Origin: Vulcanimicrobiota bacterium
Lineage (GTDB): Bacteria > Vulcanimicrobiota > Xenobia > Xenobiales > JADMJV01
Direction: 5' to 3'
Length of the DNA stretch: 64,000 bases
Assembly (NCBI GenBank): GCA_050250895.1
Contig: JBFWNU010000005.1
Location: 256,001 to 320,000 of the forward strand
The notes beneath the pieces are model-generated. The model was given only the letters and a program-made list of their open reading frames with translations, had not been told where the DNA came from and made no database searches. Below are positions 27,047 to 36,989 of the stretch, piece after piece; position 1 is the first letter of the stretch, and each line of letters opens with the position of its first letter. A program made the position numbers and the translations under genes.

Positions 27047-29425
27047 TTACTCTCGAATCTTCAGCACGTCAAGCCAGGGGATGGCTTTGAGAATGCGATA
27101 GACGAAGAATTGGGCAAGACTGACGAAAAACAGCATGACCAGAGTGGCCACGATAAAGGCCATCGGCTCGAACACCACCGGGAAGCGAAAGATCTCGGTA
27201 TCGTAGGCTCCCGTCACGTAGCGTACCAACCCGGCCCCGGCTTCCCACCCGCACACCACTCCAAAGCCATTCACCAGAAAGCTCTCCAGGGCAAAGATGG
27301 TGCTGACCTGAAACGGGGTATAGCCCAGCACTCGCAGAGTGCCCACCTCGCGTTCGCGCTCCGACAGCGAGACCAGGGCCGTGTTGAGCACGCTGCCAAA
27401 AGCCATCAAGCCGGCGAAGAGGATGGTAATGGAAAGCATGGTGCCCATGTTTTGCTCCATCAGCTCTTTCATCTTGTTGAGCGAGACCTCGCGCCAGTCG
27501 GCGCCGGTCACCATGGGCCGCTTCTCGAGTTCAGCCACCAGCGCGTCGTGGGCGGCCGGATCCACGGTCATGAGCACCGAGTTGGTGACCCAGGCCTCGC
27601 CCAGCAGATGACTGAGATAGTCGATGTCGGCATAGGCGGCCAGGCCGAGGTAGGTGGTAATCACCGAGACCACCGGGGCTTCGATGGTTTTGCGTTCGCC
27701 GATGAGGGTCCGCAGCACGACCGTGTCGCCGGGCTTGAGTTCGAGAATCTGAGCCAGCTTGCTGGTGAGCACGATGCCATGCGAGGGAACCTTGATCGGT
27801 TGCCCCGACGCATCGCGGGGAGTGGCCAGCCAGGGCCCGGTCGTGACCCCGGTCACGGCCGTGCGGCGCGACAGCGAGCCGTGGCTGAGTTCGCAGGCCA
27901 CGGCCAGTTGAGGCTCGACCGTCTCGACTCCCGGGAGCAACTGCAGCTCGCGCACGGCCTGGCGTCCCACCGGCTCACGAATGACTACCGTCACATCCTG
28001 GCGGGCCACCTTTTCGAACTCATGCTCAATCAAATGTTCCACCGCCGAGCCCAGGCACAACGACTCGACCACCAGAGCGGTCGACACCATGGCCGCTCCG
28101 GCCGTAACCGCCGTGCGATAGGGGTTGCGAAAAATTGAACGTAGCATCATCTTCCAGCGAAAAGGCAGAGGAGCCCACAGCACCGTCAGGCGTTCCAGGA
28201 AGATGGCTCCGCCTTTTTCCGGTGGCGGGGGTCGCATGGCTTCAGCCGGCTCGAGCCGCGCCGCGGCCCTCACCCCGAAGGCTGTGCCGGCCAGGGCGCA
28301 GGTCACCCCAATGGCCACCGCCGCCGCCAGAATATCGGGATAAAAACCCGGGGCACGGATGGGCAGCTGATAAATCGAGCGATAGAGATTGAGCAGACCC
28401 GATTGCATCCAGTGTCCGAAGAACACTCCGGCGGCCGACCCTCCGATACCCACCGCCAGGCCGTATCCGGCGTAGTGGACGACGATGGTAGCCGGGCTGT
28501 ACCCAAGAGCCTTGAGGGTCCCGACCACTACTCGCTGTTGGGCCACCAGACGACCCATGACGATGTTGAGCACCAGGGCCACCACTCCCAGACAGATACC
28601 CGGCATGATGGTGGCGCTGACCCGCAGGCCATCGATGTCGCCCTTAAGGAATTGCACCGAGGGCTGTTCCCAATAGGGCGTGGTCGAGGCCACCCCGTAC
28701 GGTTCGAGCAGCTCTTCCAGTTCCTTGAGGGTCTTGCGCACGGCTCCCGGGCTGGTGTCGTGCACCTGGCCGATCAGCTCGTTGAAGGCACCGTCGAGAT
28801 CGGCTGCCTGGCGCAGCGAGCGCTCGGGCAGAAAGATCACCCCCGACCGCTCGGGGTCAGGGGCCAGCGTGCCGCTGGGAGGAAGGACATAGACAAATTC
28901 GGGCGATTGAGCTCGGGCCGCCACGGTGAAGGTCTGCTCCTGGCCGAGAATGACCATGCGAAAGGTGTCTCCTGGCCGTAAGTCGTGAGCCTCAGCGAAG
29001 GCTTCATTGAGGATGGCTTCGCGTTCGGAAGCTTGCGAGAACCAGGCGCCCGAAGTCAGCAGCAGATCGTTGAGGCCGGGTCGGCGAGGATTTGGCACCG
29101 AGACCACCGTGACCGAGATGGGGTCGGCGAAGTCGGGCAGATGGATACGCCCGCCCACCCGAACGCGCCCGGCCACAGCCCGGATGTTCTCGATCCGGGC
29201 GGCCCGCTCGACCGCTTCGAGCGGAGCCCGCTTGCAGTCGAGCGAGAAATCGGCCAGGCGATAATCGCGATAGAAGGCTGCGCGCGAGTTCTCGAGGTCA
29301 TAATAGACGCTCACCATCGAGACCAGAAACGAGATACCCACGGCCGTGATCAGCACCAGCGCCCCCAGCGAGCCCTTGCGCTGCCAGACCTCGCGCAGCA
29401 TCTTGCGGATAAGAATGAGAGTCAT
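27047..29425 (-). CDS. MacB/FtsX-type ABC permease (duplicated)
   Basis: Two FtsX halves (GTLKALGY, GTLRVLGY) with large extracytoplasmic loops. Confidence 0.9.
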   Translation of the reverse strand: MTLILIRKMLREVWQRKGSLGALVLITAVGISFLVSMVSVYYDLENSRAAFYRDYRLADFSLDCKRAPLEAVERAARIENIRAVAGRVRVGGRIHLPDFADPISVTVVSVPNPRRPGLNDLLLTSGAWFSQASEREAILNEAFAEAHDLRPGDTFRMVILGQEQTFTVAARAQSPEFVYVLPPSGTLAPDPERSGVIFLPERSLRQAADLDGAFNELIGQVHDTSPGAVRKTLKELEELLEPYGVASTTPYWEQPSVQFLKGDIDGLRVSATIMPGICLGVVALVLNIVMGRLVAQQRVVVGTLKALGYSPATIVVHYAGYGLAVGIGGSAAGVFFGHWMQSGLLNLYRSIYQLPIRAPGFYPDILAAAVAIGVTCALAGTAFGVRAAARLEPAEAMRPPPPEKGGAIFLERLTVLWAPLPFRWKMMLRSIFRNPYRTAVTAGAAMVSTALVVESLCLGSAVEHLIEHEFEKVARQDVTVVIREPVGRQAVRELQLLPGVETVEPQLAVACELSHGSLSRRTAVTGVTTGPWLATPRDASGQPIKVPSHGIVLTSKLAQILELKPGDTVVLRTLIGERKTIEAPVVSVITTYLGLAAYADIDYLSHLLGEAWVTNSVLMTVDPAAHDALVAELEKRPMVTGADWREVSLNKMKELMEQNMGTMLSITILFAGLMAFGSVLNTALVSLSEREREVGTLRVLGYTPFQVSTIFALESFLVNGFGVVCGWEAGAGLVRYVTGAYDTEIFRFPVVFEPMAFIVATLVMLFFVSLAQFFVYRILKAIPWLDVLKIRE

Positions 29426-30129
29426 AGCTCGAGTTCGGCCGCCTTGACCAAATTGGCGTTTTCTTCGACCTCGACGATGCGACCGTCGCGAATCTCGGCG
29501 ATGCGATTGGCCAGGCGCGCAGCGCCGGGATTGTGGGTGATCATGATGACCGTCTTGGAAAGACGCAGATTGACATCCTGGAGCAAGGCCAGAACCGAGC
29601 GGCTGGTCTCGCTGTCGAGGTTGCCGGTGGGTTCATCGCATAGCAGCAACTGAGGGTTCGAGGCCAGAGCTCGGGCCACCGCCACCCGCTGCTGCTGACC
29701 GCCCGAGAGCTGGGAAGGAAAGTGGCCGGCTCGCTCGTCGAGCCCCACGATTCTCAGGCTCTCGAGGGGATCCATCGGGTCAGGCACGATTTCGGTAGCT
29801 ACCTGCACGTTCTCGAGGGCCGTCAGGGTCGGGATCAGATTGAAGAACTGAAAGACGAAGCCGATGTTGTTACGGCGGTAGAGGGTGAGCTTGCGTTCGT
29901 TGGCCTGAGCCAGATCCACCCCGTCGACCATGATGGTGCCCGAGGTGGGCCGGTCCATGCCGCCGATCATGTTGAGGAGCGTGCTCTTGCCCGAGCCGCT
30001 CTGGCCGACGACCACTAGAAATTCGCCTCTGATGACATCCAGATCGACATCCCGCAAGGCATGCACTTTCACCTCGCCCATGTCATAGACTTTGGACACC
30101 CCGCGCATTTCCAGTTGTGGCTCGGCCAT
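29422..30129 (-). CDS. ABC transporter ATP-binding protein (LolD/MacB type)
   Basis: GQSGSGKS, LSGGQQQRV and CDEPTGNLD; start ATG 30129. Confidence 0.93.
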   Translation of the reverse strand: MAEPQLEMRGVSKVYDMGEVKVHALRDVDLDVIRGEFLVVVGQSGSGKSTLLNMIGGMDRPTSGTIMVDGVDLAQANERKLTLYRRNNIGFVFQFFNLIPTLTALENVQVATEIVPDPMDPLESLRIVGLDERAGHFPSQLSGGQQQRVAVARALASNPQLLLCDEPTGNLDSETSRSVLALLQDVNLRLSKTVIMITHNPGAARLANRIAEIRDGRIVEVEENANLVKAAELEL

Positions 30130-30338
30130 GGCCGAGGCTTCGCCTGGGGCCTGGGGCGGCCTGCTCGCGCCTGATGCTTTTGCAAGATCAGTTCGGTCCA
30201 CTTCGGCCGCCGCGTCATAGAGTGTCGAGCCGGCCGCCAGAGCAGCCTGCCCGCCGCGTTCTCTTGGGCAGAGGTGTCGGCTTAAGCGGTCTCTTCCTGG
30301 CCGGGAGGTGGCCGTAACCTTGGCCCGAACTCGCGAGC

Positions 30339-32963
30339 ATGGCCAGCCAACGCTTGATTCTCGTCGACGGAAGCTCGATGGTCTTCCGCGCTTACTTCGC
30401 TATTCCGGGCAATCTCTCCACTCGCTCGGGCCTGCCCACCAATGCCATTTTCGGATTCACCAACATGTTCCGCAAGCTCCTGACCGGCAAGGTGCCCGAC
30501 CTGGCCGCGGTGGTCTTCGATCCTCCAGGACCGAGTTTTCGCTCCGAGCGCTTTCCCGACTATAAGGCCCAGCGCCCCAGGATGGCTGACGATCTGGCCG
30601 TGCAGTTGCCCTGGATCGACAAGGTGGTCGAGGCCCATCGCTTTCCCATCCTGCGGGTGCCCGGGTTCGAGGCCGACGATGTCATCGGGACCCTCACGCG
30701 CCAGGCCGTCGAGCGCGGGATGGAAGTGCACATCATCAGCGCCGACAAGGATTTTGCTCAGTTGATTTCGGACCAGGTCCGAATGATCGATGCCATGCGC
30801 GACATCAACTATGATCCCGAGTTGGTGCGCAAGAAGTGGGGAGTCCCGCCCCACCAGTTCATCGATTATCTGGCCCTCATCGGCGACAAGGTCGACAACA
30901 TCCCCGGGGTCCCCGGGGTGGGGGCCAAGACTGCTTCCAAGCTGCTCGACGACTTCGGCAATCTCGAGGCTATCCTGGCCTCGACCGACAAGCTTAAAGG
31001 CAAGGTCAAGAACAACCTCGAGGAGTTCGCCGAGCAGGCCCGTTTGTCGCGCGAGCTGGCCACGATCGATTGTCAGGTCGAGCTGCCCCTGACTCTCGAT
31101 TCGCTGGCCTATCAGCCCCCCTCCCAGGACGATCTCAACGAACTGTACCGCGAACTCGAGTTCTTCTCGTTGTTGGGAGTCGAGGCCAAGGACGAACAGG
31201 CGCGCGAAGAGGCCGGCGACACCGACTATCGAGTCATCGATTCGGTCGAGGCGCTGGCCAAAGCACTGAACGCCCTGCGCTGCCCAGCCCTATGGCCTGT
31301 CCTCGACTCGCCTTCGCCGGTGCGCGGCCCCTGGCTTGGCGTGGCCTTCTCGGACCGCCCGGGCAGCGGGTTCTATGTGCCCATCACCGACTGGTCGCGC
31401 CAACCTTTGTTTGACTATCTGGCGGGCTCAGCTCCCAAGCTGGCCCACGATGCCAAGGTCCTGATGGTGCTGGCCAAAGGCCAGGGTTTCGAACTGGGAC
31501 CGGTGGTCGGCGACACTCGCCTGGCCTCGTTTCTCATCGACCCCACCGGCTGCATCCCGCATGACCTCGAGCGGGTCTGCAAGGAATACCTGCATCGGGT
31601 GCTGCGGCCCATCAAGTCGCTGGTGGGTAGTGGCAAGTCGCAGAAACTGCTGGCCGAGCTCGAACTCGCCGAACTCGGAGACTACGCCTGCCACTTGGCT
31701 GATGCCGTGGGCCAGTTGTGGCCCATTCTCAAGGCGAAGGCCAATCCCGAGCATCTGGCTCAAGAACTCGAACTCTCGACGGTGCTGGCGGCTATGGAAT
31801 TCAAAGGCGTGCTGGTCGACCAGCCCGACCTGGCCGCTCTCGGCCGCGAGTTTCATCAGAAGTTGGCGGACCTCGAAAAGACCATCCATGACCTGGCCGG
31901 GCGCAGCTTCAACATCGGCAGTCCCAAGCAGCTTTCTGACGTGCTCTTTGACGAGTTGAAGTTGCCCGTCATCAAGCGCACCAAGACCGGCTATTCGACG
32001 AACGCCGAGGTGCTCGAGCGGTTGGCCTCAGAACATGAGATCGCCCGTCATCTGCTCGAGTATCGCAAGCTTGAAAAGCTGATCAACACCTACGTCGATG
32101 TGCTGGCCCGCGAACTCAACCCCGACACCGGTCGCATCCACACCACCTTTCAGCAGACGGCCGGGGCCACCGGACGCCTCATCACGGCCGAGCCCGACCT
32201 GCAGAGAACCCCGGTCAAAACCGACGAAGGCCGGCGTATTCGCCACGCCTTCGTGGCCAGGCCCGCGACCACGTTCGTGGTGGCCGACTGGAGCCAGATC
32301 GAACTGCGGGTCATGGCCCACTTTTCCAAGGACCCGGCCCTGGTCGAGGCCTTCGCCCACGACCTCGACATTCACCGACGCACCGCCAGCCAACTCTTTG
32401 ATTGCAGCGTCGACGAGGTCACCAAGCCCCAGCGCGAGATTGCCAAGACGGTCAACTTCGCCACCATCTACGGCCAGGGCGCCACCGCCCTGGGTCAGAT
32501 CCTGGGCATCCCTCGCAAAGAGGCCCAGGAATACATCGACCGTTACTTTCGTTCCTACGCCGGCGTGCGTACCTGGCTCGACACCACCATCGAGTACGCT
32601 CGGGCCGACGGTTGGGTGGCGACTTTGACCGGTCGGCGTCGCTACATACCAGAGCTGTTCAGCAAGAACTTCATGGACCGCCAGGCGGGCGAGCGGATCG
32701 CTGCCAACACCCCCATTCAGGGTTCCGCTGCCGATATCTGCAAGCTGGCCATGCTGGGCATCAACCGCCAGTTCAAAGAGCGTGGTCTCAAGACCGACAT
32801 GCTCTTGCAGATCCACGACGAGTTGATCTTCGAGGCTCCGCCCGAAGAGGTCGAAACAGTGCTCGAGGTGGTCAAGCATCAGATGGAGCACGTGGTCCAA
32901 CTCGAGGTGCCGCTCAAGGCCGAACTCGGGGTCGGCCCCAACTGGGCCGAGGCCAAAGCCTGA
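30339..32963 (+). CDS. polA: DNA polymerase I
   Basis: 5'-3' exonuclease (VDGS, EADD, DNIPGVPGVG) and polymerase motifs DWSQIELR, AKTVNFATIYG and QIHDE. Confidence 0.97.
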   Translation: MASQRLILVDGSSMVFRAYFAIPGNLSTRSGLPTNAIFGFTNMFRKLLTGKVPDLAAVVFDPPGPSFRSERFPDYKAQRPRMADDLAVQLPWIDKVVEAHRFPILRVPGFEADDVIGTLTRQAVERGMEVHIISADKDFAQLISDQVRMIDAMRDINYDPELVRKKWGVPPHQFIDYLALIGDKVDNIPGVPGVGAKTASKLLDDFGNLEAILASTDKLKGKVKNNLEEFAEQARLSRELATIDCQVELPLTLDSLAYQPPSQDDLNELYRELEFFSLLGVEAKDEQAREEAGDTDYRVIDSVEALAKALNALRCPALWPVLDSPSPVRGPWLGVAFSDRPGSGFYVPITDWSRQPLFDYLAGSAPKLAHDAKVLMVLAKGQGFELGPVVGDTRLASFLIDPTGCIPHDLERVCKEYLHRVLRPIKSLVGSGKSQKLLAELELAELGDYACHLADAVGQLWPILKAKANPEHLAQELELSTVLAAMEFKGVLVDQPDLAALGREFHQKLADLEKTIHDLAGRSFNIGSPKQLSDVLFDELKLPVIKRTKTGYSTNAEVLERLASEHEIARHLLEYRKLEKLINTYVDVLARELNPDTGRIHTTFQQTAGATGRLITAEPDLQRTPVKTDEGRRIRHAFVARPATTFVVADWSQIELRVMAHFSKDPALVEAFAHDLDIHRRTASQLFDCSVDEVTKPQREIAKTVNFATIYGQGATALGQILGIPRKEAQEYIDRYFRSYAGVRTWLDTTIEYARADGWVATLTGRRRYIPELFSKNFMDRQAGERIAANTPIQGSAADICKLAMLGINRQFKERGLKTDMLLQIHDELIFEAPPEEVETVLEVVKHQMEHVVQLEVPLKAELGVGPNWAEAKA

Positions 32964-33010
32964 CAGAAAAATTTAAGCCCGCCCGCGTAGGATGGCGGTG
33001 GAGGACTACC

Positions 33011-33496
33011 ATGCGAGTTCAAACGCTAGCCTCCAACCAGCCGCTCTCACTGAAGAACGTCTTTCAGCGACCGAAGGATGAGTCCGAGTTCATCCAGGGC
33101 CAGTCGTTGTCCCACGATATTTTCATCGCCTCGGAGCATATGGGCGAGACTTCCGCCGCCGTGATTGGCGTCATGGGTGGGATGTTTCTGGCCACCAAGG
33201 CTCTGCCAGACGTGGCTCCCATCTTGACGGTGCTGGGCGGTGGCTATATCGGCTACAAAGCCTCGCGCGGCTTTTGCGGACTGGCCAATGCGGCTGGCAA
33301 CTTGACCACCCGGGCCACCGGCTCGGCCGGAGCGGGTCGCTTCGTTCGCATCGGACTCAAGGTCGGCGTGGGTGCCGCCCTGGCCCAAACGGCTAGCCCC
33401 GTGGGCGCCGCTTCGGTGGTGGCCAGCAGCGTTGTCTTCGGCGGGGCGGCGCACGGCCTGGTTGCTTGGGCAAAGGCGACGAAGGACGGCGAGTGA
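33011..33496 (+). CDS. Hypothetical multi-TM glycine-zipper protein
   Basis: GGAGG RBS; polar N-terminus followed by about four Gly/Ala-rich hydrophobic segments. Confidence 0.7.
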   Translation: MRVQTLASNQPLSLKNVFQRPKDESEFIQGQSLSHDIFIASEHMGETSAAVIGVMGGMFLATKALPDVAPILTVLGGGYIGYKASRGFCGLANAAGNLTTRATGSAGAGRFVRIGLKVGVGAALAQTASPVGAASVVASSVVFGGAAHGLVAWAKATKDGE

Positions 33497-34071
33497 GGGT
33501 CGCTCTTCTACTGTTCTCTTTGCTGTTGGCCGGCTGCGGGCCGAGCTACAAGCATCCGCCCGGGTCGCTCCAGCTCGACGAGCCCAAGCAAACCAACCTC
33601 AAAGACGGCCCGACCTGGGAGATCGACGACTATAAGCTGGTCGGTCTAGCCACCTTCGAACTGGAAGCGCTGGTCATTCTCAGGGCAACCTTTGGCTCGG
33701 GCAGCGGGCGAGAGGCGGACCTTTCGCCCCTCGATCTCACCCTGGCCTGGGGCCCGGCCGCCGACTCGGCCTTTCTCCGTAAGATCAACTTCCGCCACTC
33801 AGGGCGCTTCTATTACTATGACTGGAAAGATCCCGGGGTGGACGGCTCGCTGCTGGGCAGCCACACCGCCAACATGCACATGATCCCCGCCGATGCCTCG
33901 GTGGCCGACCAGCTGATGGCGGTCGAGCGCGATGACATCGTGACCCTCAAGGGTCATCTGGTCCGGGTCGATGGCGAGGATGGCTGGCATTGGCAGAGTT
34001 CCATGACCAGAAAGGACAGCGGGGCAGGGAGCTGTGAGTTGGTCAGGGTGACGACGATCGGTATTCAGTAG
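33493..34071 (+). CDS. Conserved hypothetical lipoprotein
   Basis: GTGA overlap with upstream gene; lipobox LLAGC; LSPLDLTLAWG, ANMHMIPA and GAGSCE motifs. Confidence 0.75.
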   Translation: MRVALLLFSLLLAGCGPSYKHPPGSLQLDEPKQTNLKDGPTWEIDDYKLVGLATFELEALVILRATFGSGSGREADLSPLDLTLAWGPAADSAFLRKINFRHSGRFYYYDWKDPGVDGSLLGSHTANMHMIPADASVADQLMAVERDDIVTLKGHLVRVDGEDGWHWQSSMTRKDSGAGSCELVRVTTIGIQ

Positions 34072-34114
34072 TTTTTCGAGGTGTCCCGTCCAAGCATCGC
34101 GAAAGGCGTGTTCG

Positions 34115-36907
34115 ATGGGGCTGTCTGACCGGAAATCCGGCCGTTGGATTGGGATCGTGCTGGTGCCGCTGCTTCTGTTTGGACTCGTAGTCGTGCTTTA
34201 CCTCGTCAACAACCACTACGGTGACGAGCAGGCCAGGTGGGAAGAGCGCCTGGCGGGCCTCGCCGAGCACCAGCAGAACGTGGTCGAGAATTGGTGCGAA
34301 CGCGCTTTGGAAGACAGCCAAATGGTGGCCAATTGGCCCAGTTGTCGCACTTTGTTGGGCGCGGCGAGCAGTCACCAGCACCACCCCGGCGACGGTCACC
34401 TCGAGCAAATCTTGAGCACTCTGCTCACGATCCGGCGCGTTGATGGGGTTGTCCTGGTGGACCAGCAGGGGCACCCGGTCGCCTCTGAGGGCAAGCTCTT
34501 TCTGGAACCAGAGGAGTTGCACCGAACTCTGGCTGATGTCGACCACGTCCATCTCAGCTTGCGGCCAGCGGGGGCCGTCATTTCCTGCGCCGCCCCGGTC
34601 GAGCATCAGGGCCACACTCTGGGCCATGCCGTGTTAATTTACGACGCTCGGACCGACCTTTACCCCGAACTGATCACCGAGCCGGTGCCCACCCGCACCG
34701 GCGAGAGTCTGTTGGTGCGACCCAAAGGCCAAAGTCTGGGGTTCTTGTCGCCGACCCGAGGGCGGGCCAAGCCGGCCCTGACTCGGGCGGAGATAGCCAA
34801 GTTGCTGACCACCTTAACCCCATCGGGCCAGGCTGCGTCGTTGTCCACGCTAAGCTTTGACGGTCATTCGGTCTTGGTGGCCGCGCGTCCCATCGCCAGG
34901 ACCCACTGGTGGTTGTTGGTCAAGATCGACTCGGACGAGGCTCTCCAGAACGCCCGCTGGGTGAGCGGCGTGCTGGCTGCCACCTTTTTATGCTGGTTGG
35001 CCGCGGTCGGGGGGTTGGGCTTTGGTCTTTGGCGCGAGCAGTGGACCCAGGCTCGGCTGGCTCAGACGCGGCTGGGCTCGCTGCTCGATCGGGCTCCCGA
35101 TGCCATCTTGTGGCTGTCGGAGTCGGGGCGAGTGCTCGAGGCCAGCCGGGGGGCGACCAAAGTTTATGGCTATCCCGAGGAGAAGTTCAGTGAGCTTGGG
35201 CTGACCGAGCTTCTGGCTGAACCCGTCCAGGCCAGGGAGGTGCTCGAGAGCCTGCGCCAGCAAGACGCCGAGAGTTTGTTCTTTGGGCAGCATCGGCGCG
35301 CCAACGGAGAGAGCTTTACGGTCGAGTGCCGTGGCTCGTACCTCGACGACGGTTTTCTGCTGGTGCTGCGCGACATCTCGGACCGACTCGAGCAAGAGAA
35401 GCAGTTGCGCCAGTTGTGGCAGGCCATCGAGCAGAGCCCGGCGGCGGCGGTGATTACCGACCTGGAAGGGGTGATCGAGTATGTCAGCCCCGCCTTTACT
35501 CGGATCACCGGCTATCTGGCTGAAGAGGCGCTGGGGAGAAACGTGGCCATGCTGGCGTCCGGTTTGACACCGCCCGAGGACCACCAGGAGATGTGGGCCA
35601 CCATTCGCGCCGGTCGCGTGTGGCACGGCGAGTTCTGCAATCGCCGCAAGAGTGGCGAGATTTACTGGGAGTTCGACACCATTGCCCCTTCTCTCGACTC
35701 TGACGGTCAGCCCATCAACTACATTGCCATCAAAGAAGATATCACGGCCGCCCGGGCTGCCCGCGAGCAACTCGAACAGGCCCGTCATGAACTCGAACAG
35801 GCTCAGAAACTCGAAGCGGTAGGCCGGCTGGCGGCCGGCGTTGCCCATGACTACAACAACCTGTTGACGATTCTGCTGGGCGATTTGCACCTGCTCGACC
35901 AGACGGATGAGCCCGACGAGGTGGCTCAGATCAAGGCCGAGATGCGAGCGACCTGCGATCAGGCTCAAGGTCTGACCCGTCAATTGCTGGCCTTTAGTCG
36001 TCGCCAGGAACTCGCGCCCACGGTGCTCGAAATGAACGAAGCTCTGGAGCGGTGCTCTGTCCTGCTGCGGCGTCTGGTGGGTGAACAGATCGAGCTGACG
36101 GTGACAAAATCCGACGAAGCGGTCTATTGCCTGCTGGATCCGATTCGACTGGAGCAACTGTTGCTCAACCTTGTGGTCAACGCCCGCGACGCCGTCGGCG
36201 AGAGTGGCCACATCAGGATTCGCCTCGGCCGCCGCATCCTAAACGAGAGCCGGGCCTGGGTCGGGGGCAGCCTCGGGCCCGGCGACTTCGTGGTGCTCGA
36301 GGTCGAAGACGACGGCCATGGCATGGATGCCGAGACCGTCGGTCGCATCTTCGAGCCGTTCTTTACGACCAAGCCGGCCGGCCGCGGGACCGGCCTGGGT
36401 CTGTCGACCGTGTTCGGCATCGTGAGGCAGAGTGGGGGAGGGCTCTGGGTCGAAAGTGAACCGGGCCGGTTCACTCGTTTCGAGTTGTTGTTTCGGACCT
36501 GCCAGCCGCCGGTCGAGCAAGCCGAACCGGTCCCCCCTCCGGTGCCGAGGCTGCCCCAGGCGCGCATCCTGGTGGTCGAGGACGACCGCACCATTCGGCG
36601 AGTCCTCGCGAGAATCTTGACCCGCCTGGGTCAGCAGGTTGTGGTGGTCGAGGACGGGACCTCCGCGCTCGAGACGGCCCGATCCGAATCCTTCGACCTG
36701 ATGATCAGCGATGTCGTCTTGCCCGGGATAGGTGGGCTCGAGTTGGCGGGGCGGGTGGCCGAATTTCATCCAGGTATCAAAGTGCTCTTCATGTCAGGCT
36801 ACCACGATGTTGAAGACCAGTTGACAGCCTCGGACCACTACTTTCTTCCCAAGCCTTTCACGGCCGCCGAACTCGAGGCCAAGTTGGGGGTCGTGTTCGC
36901 CCAATGA
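34115..36907 (+). CDS. Membrane PAS/PAC hybrid sensor histidine kinase with receiver domain
   Basis: 2 TM helices, 2 PAS domains, H-box AHDYNN, NARDA, DDGHG, FFTTK, GTGLGL and a C-terminal REC domain. Confidence 0.93.
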   Translation: MGLSDRKSGRWIGIVLVPLLLFGLVVVLYLVNNHYGDEQARWEERLAGLAEHQQNVVENWCERALEDSQMVANWPSCRTLLGAASSHQHHPGDGHLEQILSTLLTIRRVDGVVLVDQQGHPVASEGKLFLEPEELHRTLADVDHVHLSLRPAGAVISCAAPVEHQGHTLGHAVLIYDARTDLYPELITEPVPTRTGESLLVRPKGQSLGFLSPTRGRAKPALTRAEIAKLLTTLTPSGQAASLSTLSFDGHSVLVAARPIARTHWWLLVKIDSDEALQNARWVSGVLAATFLCWLAAVGGLGFGLWREQWTQARLAQTRLGSLLDRAPDAILWLSESGRVLEASRGATKVYGYPEEKFSELGLTELLAEPVQAREVLESLRQQDAESLFFGQHRRANGESFTVECRGSYLDDGFLLVLRDISDRLEQEKQLRQLWQAIEQSPAAAVITDLEGVIEYVSPAFTRITGYLAEEALGRNVAMLASGLTPPEDHQEMWATIRAGRVWHGEFCNRRKSGEIYWEFDTIAPSLDSDGQPINYIAIKEDITAARAAREQLEQARHELEQAQKLEAVGRLAAGVAHDYNNLLTILLGDLHLLDQTDEPDEVAQIKAEMRATCDQAQGLTRQLLAFSRRQELAPTVLEMNEALERCSVLLRRLVGEQIELTVTKSDEAVYCLLDPIRLEQLLLNLVVNARDAVGESGHIRIRLGRRILNESRAWVGGSLGPGDFVVLEVEDDGHGMDAETVGRIFEPFFTTKPAGRGTGLGLSTVFGIVRQSGGGLWVESEPGRFTRFELLFRTCQPPVEQAEPVPPPVPRLPQARILVVEDDRTIRRVLARILTRLGQQVVVVEDGTSALETARSESFDLMISDVVLPGIGGLELAGRVAEFHPGIKVLFMSGYHDVEDQLTASDHYFLPKPFTAAELEAKLGVVFAQ

Positions 36908-36989
36908 GGTTGGCCTGGCGTTCGGCGAGCGCTACAGTTTCGATACAACTTCGCCATACTTTTCGACAAGTTCGAGCTATGCTGGCAAG

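Noticed and set aside
31200-31750. Degenerate 3'-5' exonuclease domain in PolA
   Set aside because: Loss of the proofreading motifs is common in bacterial Pol I and not notable
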